Below are positions 1 through 10,412 of a DNA stretch of 64,000 nt, piece after piece; the stretch's first letter is position 1; each line of letters opens with the position of its first letter. Below the pieces are notes generated by a model. It was given only the letters and a program-made list of their open reading frames with translations, did no database searches and had not been told where the DNA came from. The position numbers and the translations under genes were made by a program. Source of the stretch: an uncultured Clostridium sp. (GTDB lineage Bacteria > Bacillota > Clostridia > TANB77 > CAG-508); NCBI GenBank assembly GCA_964449925.1, contig CAYVCM010000001.1, forward strand, positions 10,306-74,305. Direction: 5' to 3'.

Positions 1-161
1 TAGTCAAGCAATTTTACCTCTTTTTGCCAAGTTTCGTATGACTGTTTTTTACAAATATCGACACAAAAAAATAGAAAAAAACAGTATTATTTTTTTTATT
101 GTTTAAATACTGTTTTTTCGTATTATAAAATTATTTTATAATCAACATATTTTATATAAAT

Positions 162-1442
162 TTAATTTTTATGTCTAATGGTAGAAATAACCATTTTTTC
201 TTCTTTAAAAATGCTATCTAAAATTTGTGTTACATATTCTATGCTTATATTTTCTATATTATCTATATAATCAAAAGCCATAATTCCATTAAAATAATTT
301 CCTAAAACCATATTAGAAGTATTTTCAATATTATCAAAATCTCTTACATATTCTCCATATAATTTCTTTTTTATTCTTTCAAAGTCTTCTTTAGAGATAC
401 CCTCTTCTTTCTGTCTTTTTATTTCTTCCTTTATTCTACTATATACCTCTTCTGGATTATTTGATTGTCCTGATATAACTATATGTGCATAATTTTCTGA
501 AAATTCATAACTTCCACCAATTCCATCTGATATTATACCTTCATCATATAATTGTTTATATAGTTTTGAGCTTTTACCTATTAACATTTCTAACAAAATT
601 TGGATAGCAATATCCCTCTTTACCATTTCTGCTGGATCTTCTGTTGGTTTAACTTTTATTGCAATTGTATACATTGGTTGGCTAACTTCCATTTCTTGTT
701 CGATTTTATCTTTCACAATCGTTTCTGGTTCTTCTGGATAAAAGGTTTGAATTTCCCCATTAACTTTATTGGGTTTTAGTCTCTTTTTAATTTCTTCTAA
801 AATATTTTCTGGTACAAAATCACCACATACAACTATTGCCATGTTTGATAAATTATAGAATGTGTTATAGCATTTGTACAATACTTCTTTGTCTATTTTG
901 CTTATAGATTCTATTGTTCCTACTACATCAATTTTTATTGGATGATTATGATATAAAATTTTCATTGCATTTAAGTATACTCTCCAATCAGGATAATCAT
1001 CATACATCATAATTTCTTGCCCAATGATTCCTTTTTCTTTTTCTACATTTTCATCTGTAAAATATGGGTTTTGTACATAGTCCATTAATTCATCCATAGC
1101 TGGATAAAAATTATCTGTACCTCCAAATAAATATGCTGTCATATCATTTGATGTAAATGCATTTGCATCTACTCCTAATGCTGTTAATGTATCTAAACTA
1201 TTTGTTCCATTTTCTTGTTCAAATAATTTATGCTCTAAAAAATGTGCTACTCCATTTGGTACTTCTGTTTTTTCATTTTCTCCAGGTACAATAAAAACAT
1301 TTTCATTTGAGCCATAATTTGTTCCCCATATCATGTATTTTTTTTGTATACCTTTTTTAGGTATAATCATAACAGTTAAGCCATTTTCTAACTTTTCTAA
1401 ATATAGCTTTTCTTTTACTTTTGAATTTTCTATAATTTGCAT
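162..1442 (-). CDS. M16 (pitrilysin) family zinc metallopeptidase, catalytic subunit
   Basis: 426-aa ORF. The N-terminal HFLEH sequence matches the inverted H-x-x-E-H zinc-binding motif of M16 peptidases. It pairs with a second M16-like ORF immediately upstream on the same strand. Confidence 0.85.
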   Translation of the reverse strand: MQIIENSKVKEKLYLEKLENGLTVMIIPKKGIQKKYMIWGTNYGSNENVFIVPGENEKTEVPNGVAHFLEHKLFEQENGTNSLDTLTALGVDANAFTSNDMTAYLFGGTDNFYPAMDELMDYVQNPYFTDENVEKEKGIIGQEIMMYDDYPDWRVYLNAMKILYHNHPIKIDVVGTIESISKIDKEVLYKCYNTFYNLSNMAIVVCGDFVPENILEEIKKRLKPNKVNGEIQTFYPEEPETIVKDKIEQEMEVSQPMYTIAIKVKPTEDPAEMVKRDIAIQILLEMLIGKSSKLYKQLYDEGIISDGIGGSYEFSENYAHIVISGQSNNPEEVYSRIKEEIKRQKEEGISKEDFERIKKKLYGEYVRDFDNIENTSNMVLGNYFNGIMAFDYIDNIENISIEYVTQILDSIFKEEKMVISTIRHKN

Positions 1443-1461
1443 TGTTATTCTCCTATCATTA

Positions 1462-2724
1462 TTAATTTCTTAAAAAATATATTGTATTTATTTCCACTTT
1501 GTTAGCAATTTTTAAAACATCCTCTTTTGATACTTTTTCTATTCGTTTTATATAATCTTCAACTGATTTTTTGTTGCTAGACATTTCTTGCCCAAAATAA
1601 TATATAATGCTTGTGTCTTGTTCGTCATCAATTGTTTTGATTGATGATATAATTGTTTTTTTAGCATTTTCTACTTCTTCATCTGTAAAATCTCCGTTTT
1701 TCATATCTTCTATTTGTTCTTTTATTAAATCTAATGCTTTTTCATAATTTGATATTTCTATTCCACAATTTATAAATATATTGTCTTTGTATTTAAAGTA
1801 TCTAGAACTTGCTTCATATGCTAAGTGCGCTTTTTCTCTTACATTTTGAAACATTTTGGAATTTGCACTTCCACCTAAAATGCTATTGTATATTATGACA
1901 TCATATTTCTCATCTTCATTTTCAACATTTACATCTATTCCAATTACAAGCTTACCTTGTGTAACATCCATTTTTTCTATTTTTTCGCCTTGTTTTTTGT
2001 TGCTTTCCTCACCTTTTTGGTTATAACTTGGTACTCTTTGTTTTAGTTTTTTTATATTTGAATTTTCGGCAATTATATTTTCTACTTCTGAATTTACATT
2101 TCCAGAAATAAATATGTCAATTTTGCATTGTTCTATAAGCTGATTATATCTTTCATATAAATTTTTTGCATCTATTTTTTCTAAATCGTCTATATATCCA
2201 AATTTGTATAACCCAAATGCTTTATTTTTATACATTTCTTCTATACATCTATCTAATGCATATCTTCTTTTGTTGTCAATTCTTCCTTCTATCCTTTGTT
2301 TCATGTTAGTCTTTTCCTGTTTTACATATTCCTCTTTAAATGCATCATTTTCTGTTAGTGGATTAAAAACAATATCCATAATATAATCAAGAGCTTTTTG
2401 CAATATATTTTCATTGGGTTGTGGTAGAAATTGGTCATTTACAGTTTCCATATAATATTTTAATACTAGATTGTCTCCTGTTTTGTCAATACCACAATCA
2501 AAAGTAGCTCCATATAACTCTTCTAGCTTTTTGCTAATTTCTTCTTGTGTTGGCATTAAACTGCATCCTCTTCTTAATACGGCAGAAATAAGTGCATTTG
2601 GTGTTACTGTTTCCCTTTCTAGTTTGGTTGTTAAAAATATTGCCACTAAATTTGTTTTAAATTTGTCTGTGTTTAATACATGAAGCTTTATTCCTGTTTT
2701 TATTTCTTTTTCTATATATTCCAT
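1462..2724 (-). CDS. M16 family peptidase-like protein, non-catalytic partner subunit (no HxxEH)
   Basis: 420-aa ORF with M16-like length and composition but no HxxEH motif. It lies 20 bp from the catalytic M16 ORF. This active-plus-inactive subunit arrangement is typical of M16 pairs. Confidence 0.65.
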   Translation of the reverse strand: MEYIEKEIKTGIKLHVLNTDKFKTNLVAIFLTTKLERETVTPNALISAVLRRGCSLMPTQEEISKKLEELYGATFDCGIDKTGDNLVLKYYMETVNDQFLPQPNENILQKALDYIMDIVFNPLTENDAFKEEYVKQEKTNMKQRIEGRIDNKRRYALDRCIEEMYKNKAFGLYKFGYIDDLEKIDAKNLYERYNQLIEQCKIDIFISGNVNSEVENIIAENSNIKKLKQRVPSYNQKGEESNKKQGEKIEKMDVTQGKLVIGIDVNVENEDEKYDVIIYNSILGGSANSKMFQNVREKAHLAYEASSRYFKYKDNIFINCGIEISNYEKALDLIKEQIEDMKNGDFTDEEVENAKKTIISSIKTIDDEQDTSIIYYFGQEMSSNKKSVEDYIKRIEKVSKEDVLKIANKVEINTIYFLRN

Positions 2725-2870
2725 AATTCTCCTTTCTTTAATATTTGGATTTTTTTAGGTTTTATATGTTTTATTTTGTTACTATTTCTTTTTTATAGTT
2801 TTACCAAATATTTATTTTTTTATTTATTATGTGTATATTATATCACAAAATTTTATTATTATTACATTTT

Positions 2871-3069
2871 TTTGTCGCATTGGGTGTCTCATTGGGGACG
2901 TTTCTTTTTGGGACATTTTTGAACGATAGGGACGGGTCAAATCGTTCAATTTTTGGGTATCTCATTGGAAATGTTTACTTTTGAGAAATTTTGAACGATT
3001 TGACCCGTCCCTATCGTTCAAAAATGTCCCAAAAAGAAACGTCCCCAATGAGACACCCAATGCGACAAA
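2871..3069. repeat. Family-1 intergenic palindromic repeat (~200-bp near-perfect palindrome, arms ~78 bp)
   Basis: Left arm TTTGTCGCATTGGGTGTCTCATTGGGGACGTTTCTTTTTGGGACATTTTTGAACGATAGGGACGGGTCAAATCGTTCAA. The right arm is its reverse complement, read directly. The centre is a degenerate GTATCTCATTGGAAATGTTTACTTTTGAGAAAT unit. GC content is well above the flanking DNA. Confidence 0.85.
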
Positions 3070-3116
3070 AAAAGTGCATCTGATGATACACCTTTTGATT
3101 TGACAAGATTTGCCTA

Positions 3117-3293
3117 TTAATATTTTCTTTTTCTTGCTGCCTCTGATTTTTTCTTTCTCTTTACACTAGGCTTTTCATAATGCTCTCTTTTTCTAACTTC
3201 TTGCAATACTCCATTTCTAGCACATTGTCTTTTAAATCTTTTTAGAGCATCTTCTATATTACCATTATTTACTTTTATTTCTAACAATTTCAT
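3117..3293 (-). CDS. rpsU: 30S ribosomal protein S21
   Basis: 58-aa ORF absent from the ORF track because it is under 60 aa. Translation: [58 protein letters not shown]. The hallmark [13 protein letters not shown] motif of S21 is present. A GGAGGGG RBS lies 6 nt upstream of the ATG. Confidence 0.9.
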   Translation of the reverse strand: MKLLEIKVNNGNIEDALKRFKRQCARNGVLQEVRKREHYEKPSVKRKKKSEAARKRKY

Positions 3294-3426
3294 TCCCCTC
3301 CTTCCAGGTCCTACGAAAACTGTATATTGGAATTATTTTCTTTAACGATATATATTATATCCCATTGTATTGCTATTGTCAATAGAAATACTTTGATTAA
3401 TTTTTTGAGTTCATCTGAACTTATTA

Positions 3427-4011
3427 TTAAGAAAACAACCCACCAATAAAATTAAATATTGGATTTTCAAATAATAATTGTCTCATCCATCCATTTGTAA
3501 ATGGTACAAACCATAATATGACACCAATAATAAGAAGTGCAATTATAGTTAGTCCAACTGCCAACCAATCTTTTTGACTTATTTTTTTCTTCTCTATTTT
3601 TGGCTTATTCGCAAACAGGTCTTTTACCAAATCTATAATTCCAAATATGGTTCCAACATTGCTTTTATTTCTTACTATTTTTGTTTGGGCTTTACTTCCA
3701 TTATTTTCTGATTGTTGCTGATTGGCATTTACATTCTGGTTTCTTCTTGAATACATTCTTTCATTATATTCTTTATTCTGTGCAGTTTCTTTCTCTTTTT
3801 GTAATTCTAAATCATATTGTGATCTTAAAAAGCTATCTGATAAAATATTATATGCTTCGTTAATATCTTTTAGCTTTTTTTCTGCTTCTTTTTTCTCAAC
3901 AGATGAATATAAATCTGGATGATATTTTTTTACTAATGTTTTATATGCTTTTTCTATAATTTCTTGTGATGCTTTTTCGTTTACTTCTAATATTCCATAA
4001 TAATCTTTCAT
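3427..4011 (-). CDS. J-domain (DnaJ-like) membrane-anchored protein
   Basis: The N-terminal YYGILEV...[12 protein letters not shown] segment carries the HPD tripeptide of J domains. There is a lysine-rich linker and a C-terminal hydrophobic segment. Confidence 0.8.
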   Translation of the reverse strand: MKDYYGILEVNEKASQEIIEKAYKTLVKKYHPDLYSSVEKKEAEKKLKDINEAYNILSDSFLRSQYDLELQKEKETAQNKEYNERMYSRRNQNVNANQQQSENNGSKAQTKIVRNKSNVGTIFGIIDLVKDLFANKPKIEKKKISQKDWLAVGLTIIALLIIGVILWFVPFTNGWMRQLLFENPIFNFIGGLFS

Positions 4012-4091
4012 AATATTACCCTCATTAGTTTTTTTCTTGTGCTTATTGTATTATATATAATAAAAAAATTCAAGGGGTAAGGATAAATAAG

Positions 4092-4144
4092 AAAAATCTT
4101 ATATGTGATCAAGATAAAAGTTGATTTTTCTATACAATAAAAAA
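4092..4144 (-). promoter_or_regulatory. Conserved ~55-bp intergenic motif, copy I (downstream of ftsH, upstream of the J-domain gene)
   Basis: The plus-strand sequence AAAAATCTTATATGTGATCAAGATAAAAGTTGATTTTTCTATACAATAAAAAA is about 90% identical to 13464-13518. It is bounded by a 7-bp inverted repeat, AAAAATC...GATTTTT. Read on the minus strand it contains TTGATC-N17-TATTTA, which resembles a sigma-A promoter. Confidence 0.4.
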
Positions 4145-4161
4145 TGAACTCTAGGTATTTC

Positions 4162-6060
4162 CTAAAGTTCACCAAAAATTGCTTCAAATTCATCTGAATT
4201 AATTTTTTCTTTTTCTAATAATATTCCTGCAACTTTGTGCAATTTATCTATATTATCTGACAATATTTTCTTTGCTCTATTATATCCAGTATCAACGATT
4301 TTCTTTGTTTCTTCATCAATAATTGCTGCTGTTTCTTCTGAATATTCTTTTGTATGTCCGAAATCTCTACCTAAGAAAACTTCATCTTGGCTAGATCCTA
4401 GCATTAAAGCACCAATTTTTTCACTCATACCATATTTTGTTACCATGCTTCTTGCTATTTGTGTTGCTCTTTCAATATCATTACTTGCACCTGTTGATAT
4501 ATCATTTAAGATAAGTGCTTCTGCTACTCTACCACCTAAAAGTGATACAATATTTTCTTCCATTTCTGTTTTTGACATGAAGTTTTTATCTTCTGTTGGT
4601 CTATACATAGTATATCCACCAGCCATACCTCTAGGTACAATTGATATTTCATGTACTGGGTCTTGTGTTTCTAAATAATGGCTAACAACTGCATGACCTG
4701 CTTCATGATATGCAACTAGTTTGTTTTCTTTTTCACTTCTTACTTTTGTTTTCTTTTCAGGTCCCATTGTTACTTTTACCATTGCATCTTCAATTTCTCT
4801 CATACCTATTTCATTCATATTTCTTCTAGCTGCTAATAAAGCTGCTTCATTTAATATGTTTTCTAGGTCTGCTCCTGCAAATCCTGATGTATTTTTTGCA
4901 ATTATTTTTAAGTCTACATCCTCTGCTAATCTTTTCTTTCTTGCGTGTACTTCTAATATTTGTTCTCTTGCCTTTACATCTGGCAATCCTACAACAATTT
5001 GTCTATCAAATCTTCCTGCTCTTAATAAAGCTTTATCTAATACATCTGGTCTGTTTGTAGCTGCTAGAACTATAACACCTTCATTAGTTGAAAATCCATC
5101 CATCTCAACTAATAATTGGTTTAATGTTTGTTCTCTTTCATCATGTCCTCCACCAAGACCTGCACCTCTTTGACGTCCTACTGCATCAATTTCATCTATA
5201 AATATGATACATGGTGCATTTTTCTTTGCTTGGTCAAATAAATCTCTTACTCTAGAAGCACCTACACCAACAAACATTTCTACAAAGTCTGAACCACTAA
5301 TTATAAAGAATGGTACTCCAGCTTCTCCTGCAACTGCTTTTGCAAGTAATGTTTTACCTGTTCCTGGTTGTCCAACTAATAATACACCTTTTGGTATTCT
5401 TGCACCCATATCTGTAAATTTCTTTGGATTTTTTAAGAATTGTACAATTTCTTCTAATTCTTCTTTTTCTTCATCTACACCTGCTACATCTTCAAATGTA
5501 ATTCTATTCTTTTCTGCTGGTGTCATCATTCTTGCTTTACTTTTTCCGAATGTCATTGTTTTATTTCCTGGGTTTCCACTACTAGCTCCTCCCATAGTTA
5601 AAAACCAAAATAGCATAAAGATGATTAATATGGCAAATGGTGTTATTAGTGGAATTAAAGCTACAAAAATAGATTCTTCTTCCTCTTCTAATGTGAAGTT
5701 TCCATTTGACATGAATTCTTCTACATATGTCATAAATGTTCCAATATCTGGTATTGTAACTTCTTTCCTTATACTGTCATCTTTTAATTCTACTTCAGCT
5801 GTTTGACCATCAGAACTTATAACAATTGAATTAACATTGTTGCTATTTATATTTGTAATTAACTCTGAATATGTTAATTTAGAGTTACTATTTTCTACAA
5901 TTGATGATAATACAACTAAAAAAATCACAATGATTATTAGCCACATAGCTAATGTTTTTATTCCGTTTTTCAAAATAATTCCTCCTCTTTGTACTTGATG
6001 TTTATTTAGATATGAACACATATCTTTTTGCACTCTATCACATTGTTTTTTCTTTTTCAA
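4162..6060 (-). CDS. ftsH: ATP-dependent zinc metalloprotease FtsH
   Basis: Walker A GQPGTGKT, the AAA second region of homology, and the zinc motif HEAGHA. An N-terminal transmembrane segment precedes the cytoplasmic domain. The true start is probably internal to the 632-aa ORF. Confidence 0.95.
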   Translation of the reverse strand: MKKKKQCDRVQKDMCSYLNKHQVQRGGIILKNGIKTLAMWLIIIVIFLVVLSSIVENSNSKLTYSELITNINSNNVNSIVISSDGQTAEVELKDDSIRKEVTIPDIGTFMTYVEEFMSNGNFTLEEEEESIFVALIPLITPFAILIIFMLFWFLTMGGASSGNPGNKTMTFGKSKARMMTPAEKNRITFEDVAGVDEEKEELEEIVQFLKNPKKFTDMGARIPKGVLLVGQPGTGKTLLAKAVAGEAGVPFFIISGSDFVEMFVGVGASRVRDLFDQAKKNAPCIIFIDEIDAVGRQRGAGLGGGHDEREQTLNQLLVEMDGFSTNEGVIVLAATNRPDVLDKALLRAGRFDRQIVVGLPDVKAREQILEVHARKKRLAEDVDLKIIAKNTSGFAGADLENILNEAALLAARRNMNEIGMREIEDAMVKVTMGPEKKTKVRSEKENKLVAYHEAGHAVVSHYLETQDPVHEISIVPRGMAGGYTMYRPTEDKNFMSKTEMEENIVSLLGGRVAEALILNDISTGASNDIERATQIARSMVTKYGMSEKIGALMLGSSQDEVFLGRDFGHTKEYSEETAAIIDEETKKIVDTGYNRAKKILSDNIDKLHKVAGILLEKEKINSDEFEAIFGEL

Positions 6061-6121
6061 TAGTTTTTTGTATTTCTTTTTTATTACAAAATTTATTGCA
6101 TTTCTATATTATTACGGCTAT

Positions 6122-7186
6122 CTAGTTTTCCTTGGAAATTTTTATTTTTCCATTTTTCACAAAAATTTTTAGATTTTTGTTTGGAGTTAAATATTTGTTT
6201 CCAATATTGTTTTCGCATAATTTTATAATATCCTCTATATGTATTGCTTCTATTCCATTTGCTATTTCAAAAAGCCTTGTTATAGTATATATAATTATAT
6301 TAGACTTTATGACTTTTTCTTGCATATTAAATTTTTTTAAGTCTAATACTACTTCATTTTTGTTTTCTTCTAAAACTATTTCATTATATGCTTTTTCTAC
6401 TTGTTTTTGTATATATTCTTGTTCTTCACACATAATCTGTGATAATCTGTTTAGTGTTTTTATGATGTTTGGATTAAATTCTTTTTCTATATATGGAATA
6501 ACAATATTTCGTATTTTGTTTCTTGTATAATTATTTTCAAAATTTGTTTTGTCTATTCTAGGATTTAACCCTTGCTTTGCACAATATTCTTCTATTTCTT
6601 TTCTGTTACATTCTATTAATGGTCTTATATATTGATTTCTTTTAGGTTCAATTCCTTTTAATCCCGCTGTTCCGCTACCTCTTAGAAGATGCATTATAAC
6701 AGTTTCTGCATTATCATTTTGGTTATGTGCAATTGCAATTTTGTTACTTGATGTTTTTTCCATAATTTCGTTGAAAAATTTATATCTTTCTTTTCTTCCG
6801 GCTTCTTCTAGTCCTATTTTATTATTATAGGCAATCTTTTGAACATCTATACTTTTAGAATAAAATTCAATATTGTTTTTTTGACAATAATTTCTTACAT
6901 AATCTTCGTCTTGATTTGCCTCTTCTCTAATCATGTGATTTACATGTGCTACCACTATATTTGAAAAAAAAGTCATACCATTTTGACATTCTTTTTCTGT
7001 TGCCAAAATGGTATGTCCTCTTTGACAATTTTGCTTTTGTATTTTTAGCAAAACATCTAGTAAGCACATTGAATCTGGTCCTCCAGACACACCAATAACT
7101 ATTTTATCTTTTGTTTCAATTAATTTGTATTTTTTTACTGTTTTTAAAACTTTTGTGTAACAGTCTTCTTTTATTCTTTTACTCAT
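6122..7186 (-). CDS. tilS: tRNA(Ile)-lysidine synthetase
   Basis: PP-loop motif SGGPDS near the N-terminus. The gene sits immediately upstream of ftsH, matching the conserved tilS-(hpt)-ftsH neighbourhood. It is a short 354-aa form. Confidence 0.85.
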   Translation of the reverse strand: MSKRIKEDCYTKVLKTVKKYKLIETKDKIVIGVSGGPDSMCLLDVLLKIQKQNCQRGHTILATEKECQNGMTFFSNIVVAHVNHMIREEANQDEDYVRNYCQKNNIEFYSKSIDVQKIAYNNKIGLEEAGRKERYKFFNEIMEKTSSNKIAIAHNQNDNAETVIMHLLRGSGTAGLKGIEPKRNQYIRPLIECNRKEIEEYCAKQGLNPRIDKTNFENNYTRNKIRNIVIPYIEKEFNPNIIKTLNRLSQIMCEEQEYIQKQVEKAYNEIVLEENKNEVVLDLKKFNMQEKVIKSNIIIYTITRLFEIANGIEAIHIEDIIKLCENNIGNKYLTPNKNLKIFVKNGKIKISKEN

Positions 7187-7253
7187 AACCTCTCCTTTGA
7201 ATTTTAAGGTTTACACTAAATCAGAGTTTATTTTAATATATTTTTTAAATATT

Positions 7254-8588
7254 TTAGTCATCAAATCTTTTTTCTAAATTAACAAATTTAGTATAACTTC
7301 CTAGCCATAGCAATTCTACTGTTCCTAATGAACCACTTCTATGTTTTGCAATAATTACTTCTGCTATATTCTTTTTGTCACTATCTTTATTATAATAATC
7401 ATCTCTATATAAAAACATAACAATATCAGCATCTTGCTCAATTGCTCCAGATTCTCTTAAGTCTGAAAGCATTGGTCTATGGTCCATTCTTTGCTCTACT
7501 GCTCTTGATAATTGTGATAATGCAATAACTGGTACATCTAATTCTTTTGCTAGTATTTTTAGAGATCTACTAATTTCTGATATTTCTTGCTCACGGCTTC
7601 CATTTCTTCTGTTGCTACCTTGTACTAATTGTAAATAGTCAATAACTACCATACCAATATTCTTCTCTAATTTTAATTTTCTACATTTTGCTCTGATTTC
7701 CATAACAGATATTCCTGGTGTATCATCAATATATATCTCTGCTTCTGATAATGGTCCGATTGTTCCTGCTAATTTTGTCCAATCATCTTCTTCTAATTTT
7801 CCTGTTCTTATTTTATTATTATCAACCATGGCTTCACTACATAAAATTCTGTTTACCATTTGTTCTTTTGACATCTCTAAACTAAAAATTGCAACTGGTA
7901 CATTTGCTTGTACTGCTGCATTTGTCGCTATATTTAAAGCAAATGCAGATTTACCCATAGCTGGTCTTGCAGCAATTAAAACTAAATCTGACCCATGAAA
8001 TCCTGCTGTTTTATAGTCTAGCTCTGTAAAGCCTGATGGCACACCTGTTATATGTTGTTTTCTGTTATATAGTTCTTCTAATTGCGTAAAACTTTCAACT
8101 AAAACATCTTTTATTGCTGAATAACCTTTTTTATCATTGTTTTGCATGATGTTGAATATCTTTTTTTCTGCACCTTCCATGATGTCATCTACATCTTCTG
8201 TTGGGTCATACCCTAATTCAATTATTTCATTAGCTGTTTTTATTAGGTTTCTAAGTGTTGATTTTTCTTCTACAATTTTTACATATTTTACAGCATTTGC
8301 TGTTGTAGGTACTTTGTCTGGCAGACTTGCTAAATATTCTAATCCACCTACTTGTTCAAATTTTCCCAATGCTTCTAGTTCTGCTTTTACTGTAATAATA
8401 TCAATTGGTTCTGCACGATTATATAAGTTTAAAATTGCTTCATAAATAAATCTATTGTCTGTTCTATAAAAATCTTCTTCTTTTAAAACTTCTATTGCAG
8501 ATATTACTGCATCTCTATCTGTTAACATACTACCTAAAACTGCTTGCTCTGCTTCTACATCATGTGGTGGCACTTTTCCTAGTTCCAT
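7254..8588 (-). CDS. dnaB: Replicative DNA helicase DnaB
   Basis: 444 aa. Walker A AARPAMGKSAF and RecA-like helicase motifs. It lies downstream of rplI, as in the conserved gdpP-rplI-dnaB order. Confidence 0.95.
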   Translation of the reverse strand: MELGKVPPHDVEAEQAVLGSMLTDRDAVISAIEVLKEEDFYRTDNRFIYEAILNLYNRAEPIDIITVKAELEALGKFEQVGGLEYLASLPDKVPTTANAVKYVKIVEEKSTLRNLIKTANEIIELGYDPTEDVDDIMEGAEKKIFNIMQNNDKKGYSAIKDVLVESFTQLEELYNRKQHITGVPSGFTELDYKTAGFHGSDLVLIAARPAMGKSAFALNIATNAAVQANVPVAIFSLEMSKEQMVNRILCSEAMVDNNKIRTGKLEEDDWTKLAGTIGPLSEAEIYIDDTPGISVMEIRAKCRKLKLEKNIGMVVIDYLQLVQGSNRRNGSREQEISEISRSLKILAKELDVPVIALSQLSRAVEQRMDHRPMLSDLRESGAIEQDADIVMFLYRDDYYNKDSDKKNIAEVIIAKHRSGSLGTVELLWLGSYTKFVNLEKRFDD

Positions 8589-8701
8589 CTTTAACCTCCA
8601 CTATTATCTATTACTTATTTTATCTTATATATTATTTATTTTTATTTTTTATATTTATATTTGTCTTTTGTAATAGTTTAATTTTCTAATATACTAATTT
8701 G

Positions 8702-9148
8702 TTATTCTGAAATAACATCAATTTTTAGTTTTCCAATAACACCTTCAAATAATTTTATTTCAACATTGTGAACACCAAGTGCTTTGATAGTTTCTTTTAA
8801 ATCAATTTTCTTTTTGTCCACTTCGATATTGTATTGTTTTGATAATTCTTGTGCAATTTCTTTGCTAGATACACCACCAAATATTTTTCCGTTTTCTCCT
8901 GCTTTTACTTGTATTTTTAATAGTATTTTAGATAATTTATCTGCTGTTTTTATTGCTTCTTCTTTTTCTTGGTTTTTTTGGAATTTTGCAGAGTCTTGTT
9001 TTGCTTTTAGTTTCGCCATATTGGCTTTATTTGCTTCTACTGCTAGATTTTTAGGAAATAAAAAGTTTCTTGCATATCCGTCTGAAGCATTTATAATCTC
9101 ATCCTTTTTTCCAACCCCTTTTATGTCTGCTTTTAGTATTACTTTCAT
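8702..9148 (-). CDS. rplI: 50S ribosomal protein L9
   Basis: 148 aa. The N-terminus [36 protein letters not shown] is canonical for L9. Confidence 0.95.
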   Translation of the reverse strand: MKVILKADIKGVGKKDEIINASDGYARNFLFPKNLAVEANKANMAKLKAKQDSAKFQKNQEKEEAIKTADKLSKILLKIQVKAGENGKIFGGVSSKEIAQELSKQYNIEVDKKKIDLKETIKALGVHNVEIKLFEGVIGKLKIDVISE

Positions 9149-9218
9149 TGTAGCACCTTCCTTCGTCTTTTTATTCCATCATATTGTACTATATTTTTTC
9201 CTTTAAATCAAGTTCTTA

Positions 9219-9288
9219 TGTCTCATTGGGGACGTTTCTCTTTGAGACATTTGTGTCTCATTGGGGACGTTTCTCTTTGAGACATTTG
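9219..9288. repeat. Family-1 repeat, two tandem 35-bp hairpin units
   Basis: TGTCTCATTGGGGACGTTTCTCTTTGAGACATTTG occurs twice in tandem. Each unit has a GTCTCA/TGAGAC stem. Confidence 0.85.
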
Positions 9289-9652
9289 TGGACAATAGTG
9301 AGTAGCTTTTTATTGTATATTCCTGTTACAGTCCCTAAAAGCAACAAATTTTCTTTAACTTTCATTCTCTTTTGTGTATGATTAATAAAAATTAATCATA
9401 TCCTCTTTTTTTAATTTTGTAAACAAATTTAGAAATTATAATATTTTAAAATATTTTATCGCCTTTAATTTATAATAAATATACCACACTAATTTTAGAA
9501 ATACATTAATAAAAGCTTCCAGTTTGAAAACCAGAAGCTTTTACTTTACAAAAATACATTTTATTTCTTTTTTGTTAATTCAGGTCTTTTTGCAATTGCA
9601 TCATATAATCTATAAATTATACAGATGAATTTTGGCTTAATTTCAAATCCAT

Positions 9653-10260
9653 TAATACTCCAAACTGTTATCATCTAAAAGAAAATCATATATACTCATC
9701 AAAATAATACCATTATCATAACGAGATTTTGTTACATTTTCTCCTACTATTATCATCTTTTTAAAGAAATCATTTACATTTAATAAAGATTTTTGTTCCT
9801 GTTTTACTTTTTCTTCTGATTTCATCTCAAGTGCAGATTGAATATAGATTTTATTATTTCCTTTATTAACAACAAAATCTATTTCTAATTGTTTTTTGCT
9901 ATTTCATTCACGAACTTCAACAGAACCAACATCAACATTATATCCACGTTTTCTTAGCTCTATATATATAACATTTTCCATAGTATGAAAAATTTCTTCA
10001 CTTTGCCTAAAATCTAAAAATGAATTTCTAATTCCCATATCTGTAAAATAATATTTTTGAGGTGTTTCAATAAACTTTTTTCCTCTTACATCAAACCTTC
10101 TAGCTTTTTCTATCATAAAAGCATCTTGTAGATAATTTAAGTACTTATATATTGTTTTATCTGTCATAGTAGATGATTTATTATCTCTTTCTTTAAAATT
10201 ATTTGAAAGCTTAAGGGGATTTGTAAGACAGCCTATATCTGATGCTATTAGTGGATAAAC
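9653..10260 (-). pseudogene. Truncated AAA+ ATPase (DUF4143-type C-terminal region) carrying an in-frame TGA
   Basis: The translation GDEVRVYPL...KYYFTDMGIRNSFLDF...ENVIYIELRKRGYNVDVGSVEVRE*NSKKQLEIDFVVNKGNNKIYIQSA... matches the C-terminal DUF4143 module of AAA_14/DUF4143 ATPases. The N-terminal ATPase domain is absent. A single in-frame TGA at 9904-9906 interrupts the reading frame. Confidence 0.6.
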
Positions 10261-10412
10261 TCTTACTTCATCACCTTATTACGAATTTTTTCCGTTTGTG
10301 TACCTTTTTCGTAATTAGTATATGTGATTTTTTTGAAAATATGTATGAACAATGAAGATGTGTTAAAAGGTAAAACAACTAAATTGAATTTTCAATCTAG
10401 CTGTTTTATGTT

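Noticed and set aside
4008-4193. 61-aa minus-strand ORF overlapping the ftsH stop and the conserved 55-bp motif
   Set aside because: It has no RBS, overlaps the ftsH 3' end and has a hydrophobic, AT-driven composition. The conserved DNA motif beneath it explains the conservation better.
9219-9288. Possible CRISPR array (two identical 35-bp units)
   Set aside because: The units abut directly with no spacers. The same unit is dispersed singly around the window inside larger palindromes. No cas genes are nearby. It is a repeat family, not a CRISPR array.
9184-9381. 65-aa ORF through the tandem repeat (…VSHWGRFSLRHLWT…)
   Set aside because: It reads straight through Family-1 repeat units. The same pseudo-peptides (SHWGRF...) appear in ORFs at 2680-2922 and 45683-45895, which also just translate repeat copies.
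9904-9906. The in-frame TGA in the ATPase fragment as evidence of an alternative genetic code (TGA=Trp)
   Set aside because: All other long genes in the window (rpoB, rpoC, ftsH and others) terminate with standard stops and contain no internal TGA. The codon is an isolated nonsense mutation in a truncated pseudogene.
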